A stretch of 64,000 bases of DNA from Chara braunii (GCA_003427395.1 BFEA01000033.1:4113449-4177448), one strand, 5' to 3'. Counted from the stretch's first letter, positions 39,262 to 51,355 are shown. The notes: generated from the letters alone by a model not told the origin. Made by a program: numbers and translations.

Positions 39262-40473
39262 TTGAACTTCCTACTTGAGAAGGTCCCAAAAGCCAAGCAC
39301 TTCAATTTGAAAGCCACGACGATGCTAAAGCAGAACTTAAAAACGGCGGGAAAGAGGCTGAATATTTTTGGCGACAACACGATGGCCCTGATGGCTAGCT
39401 ACGACATCAAGGAGATGTTCACTTCGCTGCCACATGAGGCAATTCGGTGTGTTGTAGATTGGCTGCTGCAGCAGTGGGAGCTCAGAGGAGTGTTCAAATT
39501 GAGTCTGAATAGACGTGGACGAGTGGTAACCCTTAGTCAGAAAAGCCTGGGCCCAGGCTATGTGAAGGATAAGTTCTCTCAGATTCGGCAGATGGTCAGC
39601 TATGAATTAAAAAACACGTATATTATGTGTAGGAAGGTGATATTTAAACAAGTAGTGGGTATCCCTATGGGGAAGAGCTCTCGCCCTTCGCTGGCCTGTG
39701 TGCTGTGTGCAAAGCATGAGGTGGACTTCATTAACTCCCTGGGAGCTGACCAGAGACTGGTACATGGGGTTAGGCTAGTTGATGATGTCACTTTGGGGGT
39801 TGCCTGTGACATGAGAGACCATCGGAGTATATCAACAACGAAGTACATATGTCAGAAATTTGCGAAGGCGTATGGAGAACAACTGGTACTAGTGAGAACA
39901 GACGACGGTACCAACTCTTGGGATTTTTTGGGGATCCGAGCCGCAGTGCTGCCCGGACCTATCAAGTTTGTCCTTCGCCCCAAGCATAAGAATGAGGGAG
40001 CGATGGCAGATGACCCACTAGACTTCAGATGTTTCCAAGATTTTGCCTCATACTCAGACAAGCGGGCGAAGGTGGGCACAGTGATAGCAACACTTTACAG
40101 GATCAAGCAGCACGCTAGTGATTCGGAGACAGGCGTACAAGCGACACTATCCGTCAGCATCGAGTTGGGGTGCTGGGGGTATCCCCCGACGCTCTTTTCC
40201 AATGCTCTGCCAGTATTTGCCAGATCCACCGGCCCGTTTGGAGCAGCATTGAAGACGCTGGCCGAACAGCCGGTTAAACTGATGCAAGGAGGACCCCTAT
40301 GGGAGGAAGGAAGGGAGGATGAAGTGAAAAAGCCCGTACACATGGACGGCGGCTCATTGAGAGAGAGCGGGGGAGGTATACCGTATAATGGGGCTCGATA
40401 CCGGGGCCCGAAATGTACACATGACAGAACAGTAGGCAGGTGCGGTGGAGGCAGGGACAACGCAGTAGGTTAG
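39262..40473 (+). CDS. Penelope-like reverse transcriptase core (fragment of the disrupted ORF)
   Basis: RT motifs YDIKEMFT, GIPMG, LVDD and FLG. Confidence 0.85.
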   Translation: MNFLLEKVPKAKHFNLKATTMLKQNLKTAGKRLNIFGDNTMALMASYDIKEMFTSLPHEAIRCVVDWLLQQWELRGVFKLSLNRRGRVVTLSQKSLGPGYVKDKFSQIRQMVSYELKNTYIMCRKVIFKQVVGIPMGKSSRPSLACVLCAKHEVDFINSLGADQRLVHGVRLVDDVTLGVACDMRDHRSISTTKYICQKFAKAYGEQLVLVRTDDGTNSWDFLGIRAAVLPGPIKFVLRPKHKNEGAMADDPLDFRCFQDFASYSDKRAKVGTVIATLYRIKQHASDSETGVQATLSVSIELGCWGYPPTLFSNALPVFARSTGPFGAALKTLAEQPVKLMQGGPLWEEGREDEVKKPVHMDGGSLRESGGGIPYNGARYRGPKCTHDRTVGRCGGGRDNAVG

Positions 40474-41225
40474 GAATATGGGAGGAAGGGGGCCTGGGTA
40501 GAGCCAGGTTGTACATTAGGCAAGTGAAAGGAATACCCCGGCAATGACTAGGAACGGGGTTGAAAGGGTGAGTGGCAGAGCAGTATTACAGGTAGTGAAA
40601 GTGACGAGGCCTGGATGAGTAGGTTGTACACTACTAGTAGTTAGCGAGGGAGGAGGGTTCCCAGCTTATAGAGCCGCAGACTGGGTTGTACAATAGAGTC
40701 TATCGGGACGGAACAGGAACTGGTAGTAGAAGTGGCCGCAGGTAGTTGTAACTGGTAGCAGTGGGGAGGCCAGGAGAAGGGTAGGCACGGGGAAAGGAAG
40801 CAGGCCAACCAGGGGAGTGCTAGCGGAAGTAGGGAGGGTAGGGTCGAAGCAACTGGTACTAAGGCCAGTAGTCGGAGCCAGTTAACAGGAGGGCCGTTTC
40901 AGACTGGATAATATCTAACGGGAGATATTGACCCGGTACAGAGGAAGACTAAGGCCCAGAAGGCCGACTACGCAGCGTCAAGTCCCTACCACCGACCGGT
41001 GCACGTGCAGTACGAGGTTCTGACGCACGCAGGGCGCACACGTGAGGTAGGCGGGAAGAAGGGACGAGCGTGAGTGCACGCCGAGTCAGTTGCAAGCGAG
41101 ACAAGCCGTGACCCAACCAGTCAGTTACAGTCAGTCTCCTGTATATCTCGGGAGGACAAGGCCAGAAAGGTCCTCTTTGCTCAGGGTGGATTGCTTCAGT
41201 GGATGCGGGAGCCTAGGTGTGGTTG

Positions 41226-41270
41226 CCCCTTGATAAGTCCTGGTGCGCAGCCAGGCGAAACGCGTCGGGG
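41226..41270 (+). ncRNA. Type I hammerhead ribozyme (PLE-type, U3-A8 core variant)
   Basis: CCCC-TTGATAAG-T-CCTGG(tgcgcag)CCAGG-CGAAACGCGTC-GGGG: stem I, core, stem II and a minimal palindromic stem III. Confidence 0.75.
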
Positions 41271-41959
41271 AATGTGCGCGTTTGAGCACAATCCATGTAG
41301 GAACTTCATCGCTTATCGTTGAAAGCATGGACGCATAGCGATTGGCCTCGCTATTTCAATTCAATTCTTCTTCTTCTTCTTCTTTCTCTAACTATTTTTT
41401 GTTTGTCACTTCTCCTATCCTTTCCTTCTCGGAGACATCGAATGCAATCATAAAAAACTCGCGATTTATTTGCATGTACGTGGCCGCAATAGTGGATGCA
41501 TGAAACAAAACTAAATAAAATAAAACAAACTAAAAGAGGATTTTGAAGTAGTGTTTGTCGTTAAAAAGGATTGCGTGGTGAATCGAAGACAGAGAGGGAG
41601 AAGAGGACAATAAGCGGAAGGTCGCACTGCTAGCAACCATGACTCAACTTCGTTCGTGATTGCAACACCAGCTCAGTGCGGTTTGTAATTCGGTCCATTC
41701 TGCATTGTCACACAACCTACCAGGATGCAGTGCCCATGGCATACACTTCGTTATCCCTCTACCAATCATTGTCGCCATTATTACCTCTTATTCTTCCACA
41801 TTCTCTCCTATCTACCACGTACAGCTCATTCGGCCATCCAAAGTTATTATTTTCTCATATGAAGAATTTGAAGATCCCCAACGCAATCTTCTATTCACCG
41901 GAGAATGTAATCTTATTTACACCAAAGTATTGGCCAGATGCTACACTACGTTGATGAAG

Positions 41960-42500
41960 TGCTGCTTGGAGGTGTTGGTGCCAGAGGGTGAGAGGGTGGT
42001 CTGTAGGAGAGTGGAGTGAGGAGCGAGGCAACCATAGCCGACGCTGGGGGCACTCTGGCTCAGCGTTAGGGTGGTGATGCGCATGTGGGATTGCCCCAGG
42101 GACTACCTTGTGGAACCGGGGCTTTGCCCTAGGCTGGTTGCAGCGGTGCGACAGACTAAAACCTCCCTTTGAGTGGTTCCTTTGAGTGGGGTTATGCTAT
42201 CGGATTTACCTCGTGGTGTCAACATTTCGTATATTTGGGGAGATGCTGCCAGGGTGACGGTATGATGACGGCGACATTTTCAGTGGGGTCATGCTGCAAA
42301 ATTTTGGGCGCATCGGTGACTTTATTTTTGAGGGGAAGTGTTGCCGAATTTTTGCGGTATAGTGGGCCCTTATGTTATGGTGTGTGAGCAGCTGGTGCTG
42401 CTGCTGCACAATTGTGGTACTAGTTTTGACGGCGCGGCGAGCGGTAGTCCCACATTTATTTTTTTTAGATGTGCGATGGTGGTGGAGCATTCTAGCGGAC
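41960..42500 (+). mobile_element. Fragment of the Gypsy-type LTR
   Basis: Homologous to 23520-24150 (e.g. GTGGTACTRGTTTTGACGGCGC...ATTCTAGC). Confidence 0.7.
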
Positions 42501-42635
42501 AACAATGGCTGTTAGCGTCAGCCAAAAAAAGAAAGAAGTACGCTGTTGACGTCACAAAAAAAGAAAAAAGTATACCGTTGACGTGCCCAAAAAGAAAAAA
42601 GTACGCCGTTAGCGCCACCGAAAAAGAAAAAAGTA

Positions 42636-43911
42636 GGGCATACTCACACTAGCGTTTTTTTTTTGCTAAATTGCAAAATCTGCTATGCTGTTATAGTCAC
42701 ACTAGGGGTTTCCGACCACCAAAATTGCAATCGGGGTAACATTTGTCAGCGCCCTGGGGCCTGGACCCACACTAGCAAAGTATTCTACCATGTGCGACGC
42801 AATTTTATGGCTTTTTGAAAAAGACAAAGTGGTTTTTTATTTTCATGAATGGATCATTTTCTAATTTAAAATGAATTGAAATGGAACATTGAACAAAGAA
42901 GAACAGCTGTGCACCCAAATTCATGGGTTGGTACGATCTCCTTCACGTAAGTCTTCATAGTGATGTACCGTGGCAATAAAATGTGTCCACGAACACAGCC
43001 ACGAGGATGAACAAGTAACGGGTATGGGGTCACCATGTATCTCATGAGGCCTCTAACCTGTCTCTTATACACATCTAGATGTGTATAAGAGACAGGAGGC
43101 GTTCCTGTCAGATCCACCACAATATTTGAATTTCACATTTCAAGTTCGATTTCTCAGAGCCAAAAAAAAAAAAGAAACGAAGTCTGGAAATCAACCCCGC
43201 CCTTTCGGGTCCATACAGGAGGCGTTCCTATCAGATCCACCACAATATTTGAATTTCACATTTCAAGTTCCATTTCTCAGAGCCCCCCTCCAAAAAAAAC
43301 GAAGTCTGGAAATCAACCCCCCCCTTTCGGGTCCATAAAATCCAGGCTTCCCGCCCACGCAAAGCCACAAGCTATCATGTCCAAGTTTGTTTTTCTTTTT
43401 TTCTTGACGCATCTCATTGGACGGAGGTGGGCATCTTTACAGTCCCTGCTCGGAAACTACCAGGCCGTCGACGGCCGTACTGCGTCACTCGAGGCCACAC
43501 GCGATCGAAATCCTGAACGGAGTGGTAGAATACTTCGCTAATGGGTCCAGGTCCCTGGGGGGCCGCGGGGATGGGCATTTTGCTACCACCTCCAGAGGTG
43601 GTGCCAAATTCTCTTTCGCCTTTTGGGAATCGGTAAAAGTCGCCGCGCTTTGTGACCATGCGAGGCACCAACTTTTGCACTTGCCAGAGAGTCCCGCTCG
43701 TGTCCTTTCTGATTTGCAACCTGTGTGACGGGGGGCAAGGTCCCACTTGCGCAAATTAGGAGATTTCGGCCGTTGATATTTGCTATCTACGGTCAGTATC
43801 TCTTAATTCGTGCAAGTGGGACCTAGCCCCGTTCGGGGTCTGATTTCAGCAAACATGGGAAAGAAAATTCAGCAGATTTTGCTAGACTGCCACCGCTGTG
43901 TGAGTACGCCC
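42636..43911. mobile_element. TIR element with TA target duplication
   Basis: GGGCATACTCACACTAGCG / CGCTGTGTGAGTACGCCC termini plus an inner GCAAAATCTGCT inverted match. TA on both sides. Interrupts a ~31-bp repeat (AAAAAAGTA|CGCCGTT). Confidence 0.75.
43058..43095. other. Nextera mate-pair junction adapter (Tn5 mosaic-end palindrome), assembly artefact
   Basis: Exact CTGTCTCTTATACACATCT+AGATGTGTATAAGAGACAG. Confidence 0.98.
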
Positions 43912-44738
43912 TACGCCGTTGGCACCGCCAAACAAGAAAAAAGTACACCGCCGCTGGAGGTTCGGCAAAGCTTGGCGCGCAGTGCTGTGGCACCAAGCTC
44001 TGGTAGGGGAAGGAGAAGGCCCTGGTTCGGTTGTTTCACGTCGCTCTGTAAAAGGTTCCAACCGGCCGGAGAGGACCGTAAATAGGTCTGTCAATTAGGG
44101 AGCAGGAATATATGGGTATAATTTTTGGTATTGTGAGGGGGTAGAAGAAGCTGAAGGGTAGATAGGGAAGTAAAATAGACTGCAGTGATTGAATAGGTAA
44201 CTGGGACAAGCAAATTTGGAATGAATATACCGAGATACCGCGGGTAGTTTCTGTTGTCGGACAGGGGGGAAAAAGCGCCAAGTTTCTTCACCGATCATAC
44301 ACGCGTCATCCAGCCGGCAAAATTGACGTGGCAGCGGCAGACGCGCGAGAATTGGCGGGCGATGGAATGCAGATCGTGCTGAAGCGCAGAACCTTCAGCA
44401 GCACGTGTCTGCCATGTGCAGCGGGAAGGGAAGCTTGGCCGGGCGCAGCGGTTCTGTCCAGGGGATGGTTTGCGTCTGACGCCGGGGTGGAGCTGGTGTT
44501 GGCAGTGCTACCGGTAGTGCGCTTTTCATCGGGGGCATGAGGTAGGCAACGAGCATGCTTCACCCTCTTCTGCAGGCTGGCTGCTTCTTCGCCTGGTGGG
44601 TCAATTTCAATCCGTCTTCGCTCTCCCTCTTCCCTTAGTCCCCTTCTTGTACTCTTAAGATGCTCTCCCCATCTCTCCACTCCTGGCCGACATAACAGGC
44701 ACCCGTACCGTCACTAGGATGATTCGTGTCGTTTGCAT

Positions 44739-44742
<4 letters not shown>

Positions 44743-44824
<82 letters not shown>

Positions 44825-46114
44825 CTGAAGGGTTAATACGCCTCCCTCCCTCCGTCCCTCTCTCGCGGTGTTGTGCGTGAAGAGGTGCAGAGTTCTTTCA
44901 CACTCGGCCCAGAAACGAAATAGATGGTTCGCCTGGCGTGCGCGAAGTGCACCCCCTCTTTCCCTCTCCCTCTCTCCCTACGTCCCTCCTTCCCTCGTCC
45001 ATCCATCCGGGCTTAGGGCTGCAATTCCATTTTTGTGGGGGAGGCAGAGGGAGAGTGAACACTAGGGGGGGTTCAAGTGCCTGCAGGAGAAGGACGAAAG
45101 GGAGGGTGAGGAAGCGGGATCGGGAGGATGATAGACTGGGGATTGACCGAGGAGAATGGGATGCGACGACAGAGGAAGCAAAAGGAGAGTCAACGCAATA
45201 GGGTGAAGCATGCAGGATAAGTTTGCCGCCGTTAAGGAGGCTGTGGAGGAGGAAGACGTGGAGGAGGGTCCTAAAGTAAATGAGAGGAGGAGGGCATAGA
45301 TCGGGGACTCAATTTGCGAAGAAGGGGGTGGGGAGCGCGGATTGGGAGGGGCCGGATCAGGATGTGGAATAGAGAGGAGGAGAAGGTCGAAATGCATTGG
45401 GTGCTAATCAGGGCGAGGGGGTAGGAACCGATGAAGTTTCAGGGAAAGTACGGGCCGGATCAGGATGTGGGATAGAGAGGAGGAGAAGGTCGAAATGCAT
45501 GGGGTGCAAATCAGGGTGAGGGGGTAGGAACCGATGAAGTTTCAGGGGAAGATCGCCAACGCAATAGGGTAAGGAATGTGCAGCTTTAGGGTAGAAGGAT
45601 CCGGAGAAGGTGGGGGTAGAAGGATCCGGAGAAGGTGGGGGGAAGAGGAGATTGGAAGGCAGGAAGAGGGGGTCAGAGCGCAGGGAGGGGAACAGATTGT
45701 AAGGAAAAGAGAGAGTAGCTTAGTGACGGAGGGCCTGAAGGACGAGAGGGATAGGGTGGTGTGGATATGCTGGTGATGAAGAGAAAGAAATGAAGAAAGT
45801 AAGAGCGACAGACAGAGGAGGGAGGAGAGGAAAAGACGTACCAGATACGCAGGGCCCATATCGAGTATTGGAGAGCAGGACGTCCAAGAGGATCCCAGCG
45901 GAGAGGAGTGGAGAAAGACGGGAGAATAGAGGCGAAAGACACAGGGCAAGGGGAGAAGAGGATGGGGAAAACTGGATTGGTTGGAGGGGGAAGAGATCGG
46001 GAGGGGGGATGGAGGGCGCAAGTTGAGAGATGGAATCGGCCAGGCCCAAGGGAGGCAATGGAGAAGGAAGAAAAGGACAACGGCGAGGGGGTAGGGAAGA
46101 GTGTGTGTGTGTGT

Positions 46115-46167
<53 letters not shown>
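44743..46167 (-). repeat. (GA)n-bounded dispersed repeat, copy 1
   Basis: Inverted homologue of 58780-60357 (e.g. ATAGGGTGAAGCATGC vs GCATGCTTCACCCTAT). (GA)n at both ends. Confidence 0.7.
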
Positions 46168-47149
46168 NNNNNNNNNNNNNNNNNNNNNNNNNNNNNNNNN
46201 NNNNNNNNNNNNNNNNNNNNNNNNNNNNNNNNNNNNNNNNNNNNNNNNNNNNNNNNNNNNNNNNNNNNNNNNNNNNNNNNNNNNNNNNNNNNNNNNNNNN
46301 NNNNNNNNNNNNNNNNNNNNNNNNNNNNNNNNNNNNNNNNNNNNNNNNNNNNNNNNNNNNNNNNNNNNNNNNNNNNNNNNNNNNNNNNNNNNNNNNNNNN
46401 NNNNNNNNNNNNNNNNNNNNNNNNNNNNNNNNNNNNNNNNNNNNNNNNNNNNNNNNNNNNNNNNNNNNNNNNNNNNNNNNNNNNNNNNNNNNNNNNNNNN
46501 NNNNNNNNNNNNNNNNNNNNNNNNNNNNNNNNNNNNNNNNNNNNNNNNNNNNNNNNNNNNNNNNNNNNNNNNNNNNNNNNNNNNNNNNNNNNNNNNNNNN
46601 NNNNNNNNNNNNNNNNNNNNNNNNNNNNNNNNNNNNNNNNNNNNNNNNNNNNNNNNNNNNNNNNNNNNNNNNNNNNNNNNNNNNNNNNNNNNNNNNNNNN
46701 NNNNNNNNNNNNNNNNNNNNNNNNNNNNNNNNNNNNNNNNNNNNNNNNNNNNNNNNNNNNNNNNNNNNNNNNNNNNNNNNNNNNNNNNNNNNNNNNNNNN
46801 NNNNNNNNNNNNNNNNNNNNNNNNNNNNNNNNNNNNNNNNNNNNNNNNNNNNNNNNNNNNNNNNNNNNNNNNNNNNNNNNNNNNNNNNNNNNNNNNNNNN
46901 NNNNNNNNNNNNNNNNNNNNNNNNNNNNNNNNNNNNNNNNNNNNNNNNNNNNNNNNNNNNNNNNNNNNNNNNNNNNNNNNNNNNNNNNNNNNNNNNNNNN
47001 NNNNNNNNNNNNNNNNNNNNNNNNNNNNNNNNNNNNNNNNNNNNNNNNNNNNNNNNNNNNNNNNNNNNNNNNNNNNNNNNNNNNNNNNNNNNNNNNNNNN
47101 NNNTAGGTGTTTGCCTGACAAGCCGTAGGTTGTGTTCGATTCGTGGATT

Positions 47150-47345
47150 GGACATGCATCCTCCATACACCAATTCATTCATGCAGCCGTCCTCCATACA
47201 CCCATTCCCCCATTCACCCCCCATTCACCCATGGAGCCATCCTCAATACCCCAATCCATTTTGATGCAGCCATCCTCAATACCCCAATTCATATTGATGC
47301 AGCCATCCTCCCTACTCTAATTCAGTCATGCAGCCATCCATATGC
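47150..47345 (+). repeat. ~33-bp degenerate minisatellite (ATGCAGCCATCCTC...)
   Basis: About 5-6 copies upstream of the first visible XPB exon. Confidence 0.8.
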
Positions 47346-47442
47346 ACTGCTTGCAGATCATATCGATTTCGTGGTTGAAGGAGAGGCAACGGTTGAGATG
47401 GTTTTTGCTGACGCTGTGCTGTATGTCGGTTTGTGGGTATGT

Positions 47443-47483
<41 letters not shown>

Positions 47484-47489
47484 GGTTAG

Positions 47490-47712
47490 GCCAGAGCTGA
47501 TTCATGAGTATAATCTCACTCCGCACTCTCTGTACGCTGCGGTATCCATTGGGCTGGAGACCAACACCATCATCTCCGTTCTTGACCGACTCTCCAAGGC
47601 AAAGCTTCCTCATGATATCGTGGAGTTCATCCGGCAATCAACAACGAATTATGGCAAAGTGAAGCTGGTGCTGCAGAAGAACCGCTTCTTTGTGGAGTCT
47701 CAGATTCCACAT
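47490..47712 (+). CDS. XPB: TFIIH helicase XPB, internal exon (RPELIHEYNLTPHSLYAAVSIGLET...YGKVKLVLQKNRFFVESQIPH)
   Basis: Peptide matches the conserved XPB/ERCC3/RAD25 N-terminal domain. Poly-T tract and AG acceptor at 47488-89, GTGAGT donor at 47713. Confidence 0.95.
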
Positions 47713-48454
47713 GTGAGTTCTTTTGTGTTTTGGTGTTCCCCCCTCCCCCCCCCCCTCCTCCCCCCCCTTACCCCCCAATTTCTCGATTGAAACAACTACT
47801 TCTCAGTGAAGGTTTGAGTTTAAAATAGGCCAAAGAAAACACTAAATGCAGTTTTGTGGGGGCGGGAGTTTGGAATTCGCAAAAAAAGCCGAAGTAAGGG
47901 TAATGCGTTTTTACCGTTTTTGAACTCAGGCCCTCTGCACACCACGGGCGGCTTCCCTGCCTCTGTAGTTAACCACATCCACACTGATTAGAAAGTGCCA
48001 CGCCCACATCCGCGCGCGCTTATTAGGAGGTGCCGCGCCCACATCCGCGCGCATTAGAAAGTGCCGCACCGCTTTTTTTATTGCCTTTTCGAACATAGCG
48101 CATGAGGTTCTGGGTTGAATTGTGAGGTCCCCGGCCTCTCCTATGCATTTTGAAATTAAAAGTTCCCATCTTTCCAAAAAAAAGAAACAAAAAAAAAACA
48201 TAGCGCATGAGTGACCTGCCGGTAGTCGGAAGACTCGGAACCCATTTTCGTTTCGTTTGCGATGTAGTTCATTAACCAAAAAATAAAAAATAAAAATAGT
48301 GCATGGGGAATATCACTTGTAGCATCATTGGCTACATAACACGCATGAGGCTCCTCTCTTCTCGATTCATGCGTGTCATGTAACCAATGATGCTACAAGT
48401 GATATTTGATATTCCCCACCTTAACTTAACTCCAGACGTGATTAAGGATCAAAA

Positions 48455-50700
48455 GACTGCCTGACAACTGATGCCCTGCAATGACTGAATTCTAGATCCA
48501 GCAGCCAGGCCCGCTATGTTCTCTCCTAAAGAGAAAGAATGACAAAAGTCAAAGCATATTATCACAGTGTCATGTAACCCATGATACTATAANNNNNNNN
48601 NNNNNNNNNNNNNNNNNNNNNNNNNNNNNNNNNNNNNNNNNNNNNNNNNNNNNNNNNNNNNNNNNNNNNNNNNNNNNNNNNNNNNNNNNNNNNNNNNNNN
48701 NNNNNNNNNNNNNNNNNNNNNNNNNNNNNNNNNNNNNNNNNNNNNNNNNNNNNNNNNNNNNNNNNNNNNNNNNNNNNNNNNNNNNNNNNNNNNNNNNNNN
48801 NNNNNNNNNNNNNNNNNNNNNNNNNNNNNNNNNNNNNNNNNNNNNNNNNNNNNNNNNNNNNNNNNNNNNNNNNNNNNNNNNNNNNNNNNNNNNNNNNNNN
48901 NNNNNNNNNNNNNNNNNNNNNNNNNNNNNNNNNNNNNNNNNNNNNNNNNNNNNNNNNNNNNNNNNNNNNNNNNNNNNGCAACTGATATAACCTGCAAGGA
49001 CTGAATTCCAGAACCAGCAGCCAGGCCCGCTATGTTCTCTCCTAAAGAGAAAGAATGACAAAAGTCAAAGCAGACTATCACTCAGGCTCACTAGACGGAA
49101 AATTCTACAGCCTGCAGGTTCACACCCCATCATGAGCCATCAAATCCCCCACCAAACAGGAAAGGTCTGTCACAGCCAGAAAATACACTCCCGACATGAC
49201 ATGCGGCCGGCACTAGAGGCACAACATGGCCGTGTAATGACAGTCCCGGCCACTGCTGTTCAACCTGACTGGAAAAAACTGCGGCAGGGAGGTAGCCAAG
49301 TAGTGGTATATATTGTCAATGGAGAACTGCCCGGGAAGCATAGGCAGAGCGGTGAAAGAGGACAGCAAACGAGGGGCTGTGATGCATATATGCTACACCG
49401 TATACATCGTCACACAGAGCTGCCTGGTAAACCGTAGGCAGAGAGGGAGAAACGGACAACAAATAAGCGGCTGTGACACACTGCTTCATTGGAGTTTCAC
49501 TGAGTCATCAGGAGGCTGAACCCTCTACAGTCTGCAGAATCCCCTAACTGATTACACTGTAACCGATAGTCCATTTGAACCCCGCTTGTGTTCAAGCATG
49601 AANNNNNNNNNNNNNNNNNNNNNNNNNNNNNNNNNNNNNNNNNNNNNNNNNNNNNNNNNNNNNNNNNNNNNNNNNNNNNNNNNNNNNNNNNNNNNNNNNN
49701 NNNNNNNNNNNNNNNNNNNNNNNNNNNNNNNNNNNNNNNNNNNNNNNNNNNNNNNNNNNNNNNNNNNNNNNNNNNNNNNNNNNNNNNNNNNNNNNNNNNN
49801 NNNNNNNNNNNNNNNNNNNNNNNNNNNNNNNNNNNNNNNNNNNNNNNNNNNNNNNNNNNNNNNNNNNNNNNNNNNNNNNNNNNNNNNNNNNNNNNNNNNN
49901 NNNNNNNNNNNNNNNNNNNNNNNNNNNNNNNNNNNNNNNNNNNNNNNNNNNNNNNNNNNNNNNNNNNNNNNNNNNNNNNNNNNNNNNNNNNNNNNNNNNN
50001 NNNNNNNNNNNNNNNNNNNNNNNNNNNNNNNNNNNNNNNNNNNNNNNNNNNNNNNNNNNNNNNNNNNNNNNNNNNNNNNNNNNNNNNNNNNNNNNNNNNN
50101 NNNNNNNNNNNNNNNNNAACGATTGCCCGAAAACCAATGAGGGGCTGTGGCACACTGTTAAATTGCAGTTTCACTAGCTCGTCAGGAGGCTGAACCCTCT
50201 ACAGTCTGCAGAGTTTCGTCACTGATTACAGTGTAATTGATAGTCCATTTTAACCCCGCTTGTGGTTAAGCATCAACGACTGCCCGGCAACTGATACCAT
50301 GAGGTGGGCACTTCCACTGCCCTCAAGAACCTGTGACGGAGATCAAAGCAGACTATCATGCATCCACACCAGATGGAAAACTCTATGCAGGTTCACAGCC
50401 CCATGCGAAACCAGTAAAACACCCTTGAAACAAAGAAAGGTCTGTCACAGCCAGAAACTACACTCCAGACATGCCGCTGGCACTAGAGGCACAACATGGC
50501 TGTCAGAGAGGGAGAAGAGGACAACAAACAATGGGCTGTAACAGATTGTTTCGTCAGAGTTTCACGGACTCATCAGGAGTCTGTATAGATGTATATTGTC
50601 ATAGAGGACTGCCCGGCCCGGTGGACCGGAGGCAGAGTGGGAGAAGAGGACAACAAACGAGGTGGGGGTGCGATAGACTGTTTCGTTGAAGTTTCTGTAT
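48455..50700 (-). repeat. Tandem array of hammerhead-bearing units (degenerate; two N-gaps)
   Basis: Repeated blocks 48465-48556/48979-49072, 49070-49230/50348-50500 and 49505-49600/50180-50273. Hammerhead remnants on the minus strand at ~49480-49534, 50152-50207, 50543-50579 and ~50674-50695. Confidence 0.75.
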
Positions 50701-51259
50701 CAAGCCAACTTTGTACTCACACATCCGAATTGGAAATAGAAAGCTTGAATGAATCAGTGTAAACTTGTAAATGCAACTCATGCTACGATGACTTGTTTCT
50801 GCTGTGCCAACTGCACAACCTTGCCTCTGACATGTCAGCTACGCCACCTTGTCTCTGACGTGACAACTATGCCGTTGGCGTTTCTCTATCAGGCAAACTG
50901 TCTCCTCAACCTCTAACAGCGCCCGATGGGAGGTAGAGAAAGAGGTCACTCTCCGCTTGAGAAATCTTATCCCTACCTCATTAAGTAATGATTGAGCTGG
51001 TGTTGTAGACAGACCTGACCAGCTAGCGGAAAAAGCAAAGGCCATAAGTAGACAGACCTGACCAGCTAGCGGACAGCGAAAAAAGCAAAGGCCATAAGCT
51101 CCCTGTAGTGGTCTTACCTGTTTGTCTACCTCCACTAATGCGTTGTCGTTGAGCATAGCCTNNNNNNNNNNNNNNNNNNNNNNNNNNNNNNNNNNNNNNN
51201 NNNNNNNNNNNNNNNNNNNNNNNNNNNNNNNNNNNNNNNNNNNNNNNNNNNNNNNNACT

Positions 51260-51355
<96 letters not shown>

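Larger units (their letters stand above)
35414..41290 (+). mobile_element. Penelope-like retroelement with N-terminal GIY-YIG endonuclease (Chlamys/Naiad-type domain order), degenerate
   Basis: GIY-YIG motif AVYCLVSPWCKRMYIGQT..ERWWEH (36476-37008) lies upstream of RT motifs YVLPKHKDLTR*RPI, SYDIKEMFTSLPH, QVVGIPMGKSS, RLVDDV and WDFLG (to ~40300). A 3' hammerhead follows. The frame carries several stops and frameshifts. Confidence 0.85.

Noticed and set aside
43058-43095. Bacterial Tn5/IS50 horizontal transfer
   Set aside because: The head-to-head mosaic-end 38-mer is the synthetic mate-pair adapter, and no transposase is nearby.
43414-44680. Short overlapping ORFs as a divergent gene or as the first XPB exon
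   Set aside because: No recognisable motifs. The expected XPB N-terminal peptide (RPLW...FLETFSP...AEPVC) was not found, and part of the region lies inside a TIR element.
45542-50193. Long ORFs in the ORF track
   Set aside because: They run through N-gaps and microsatellites and are artefacts.
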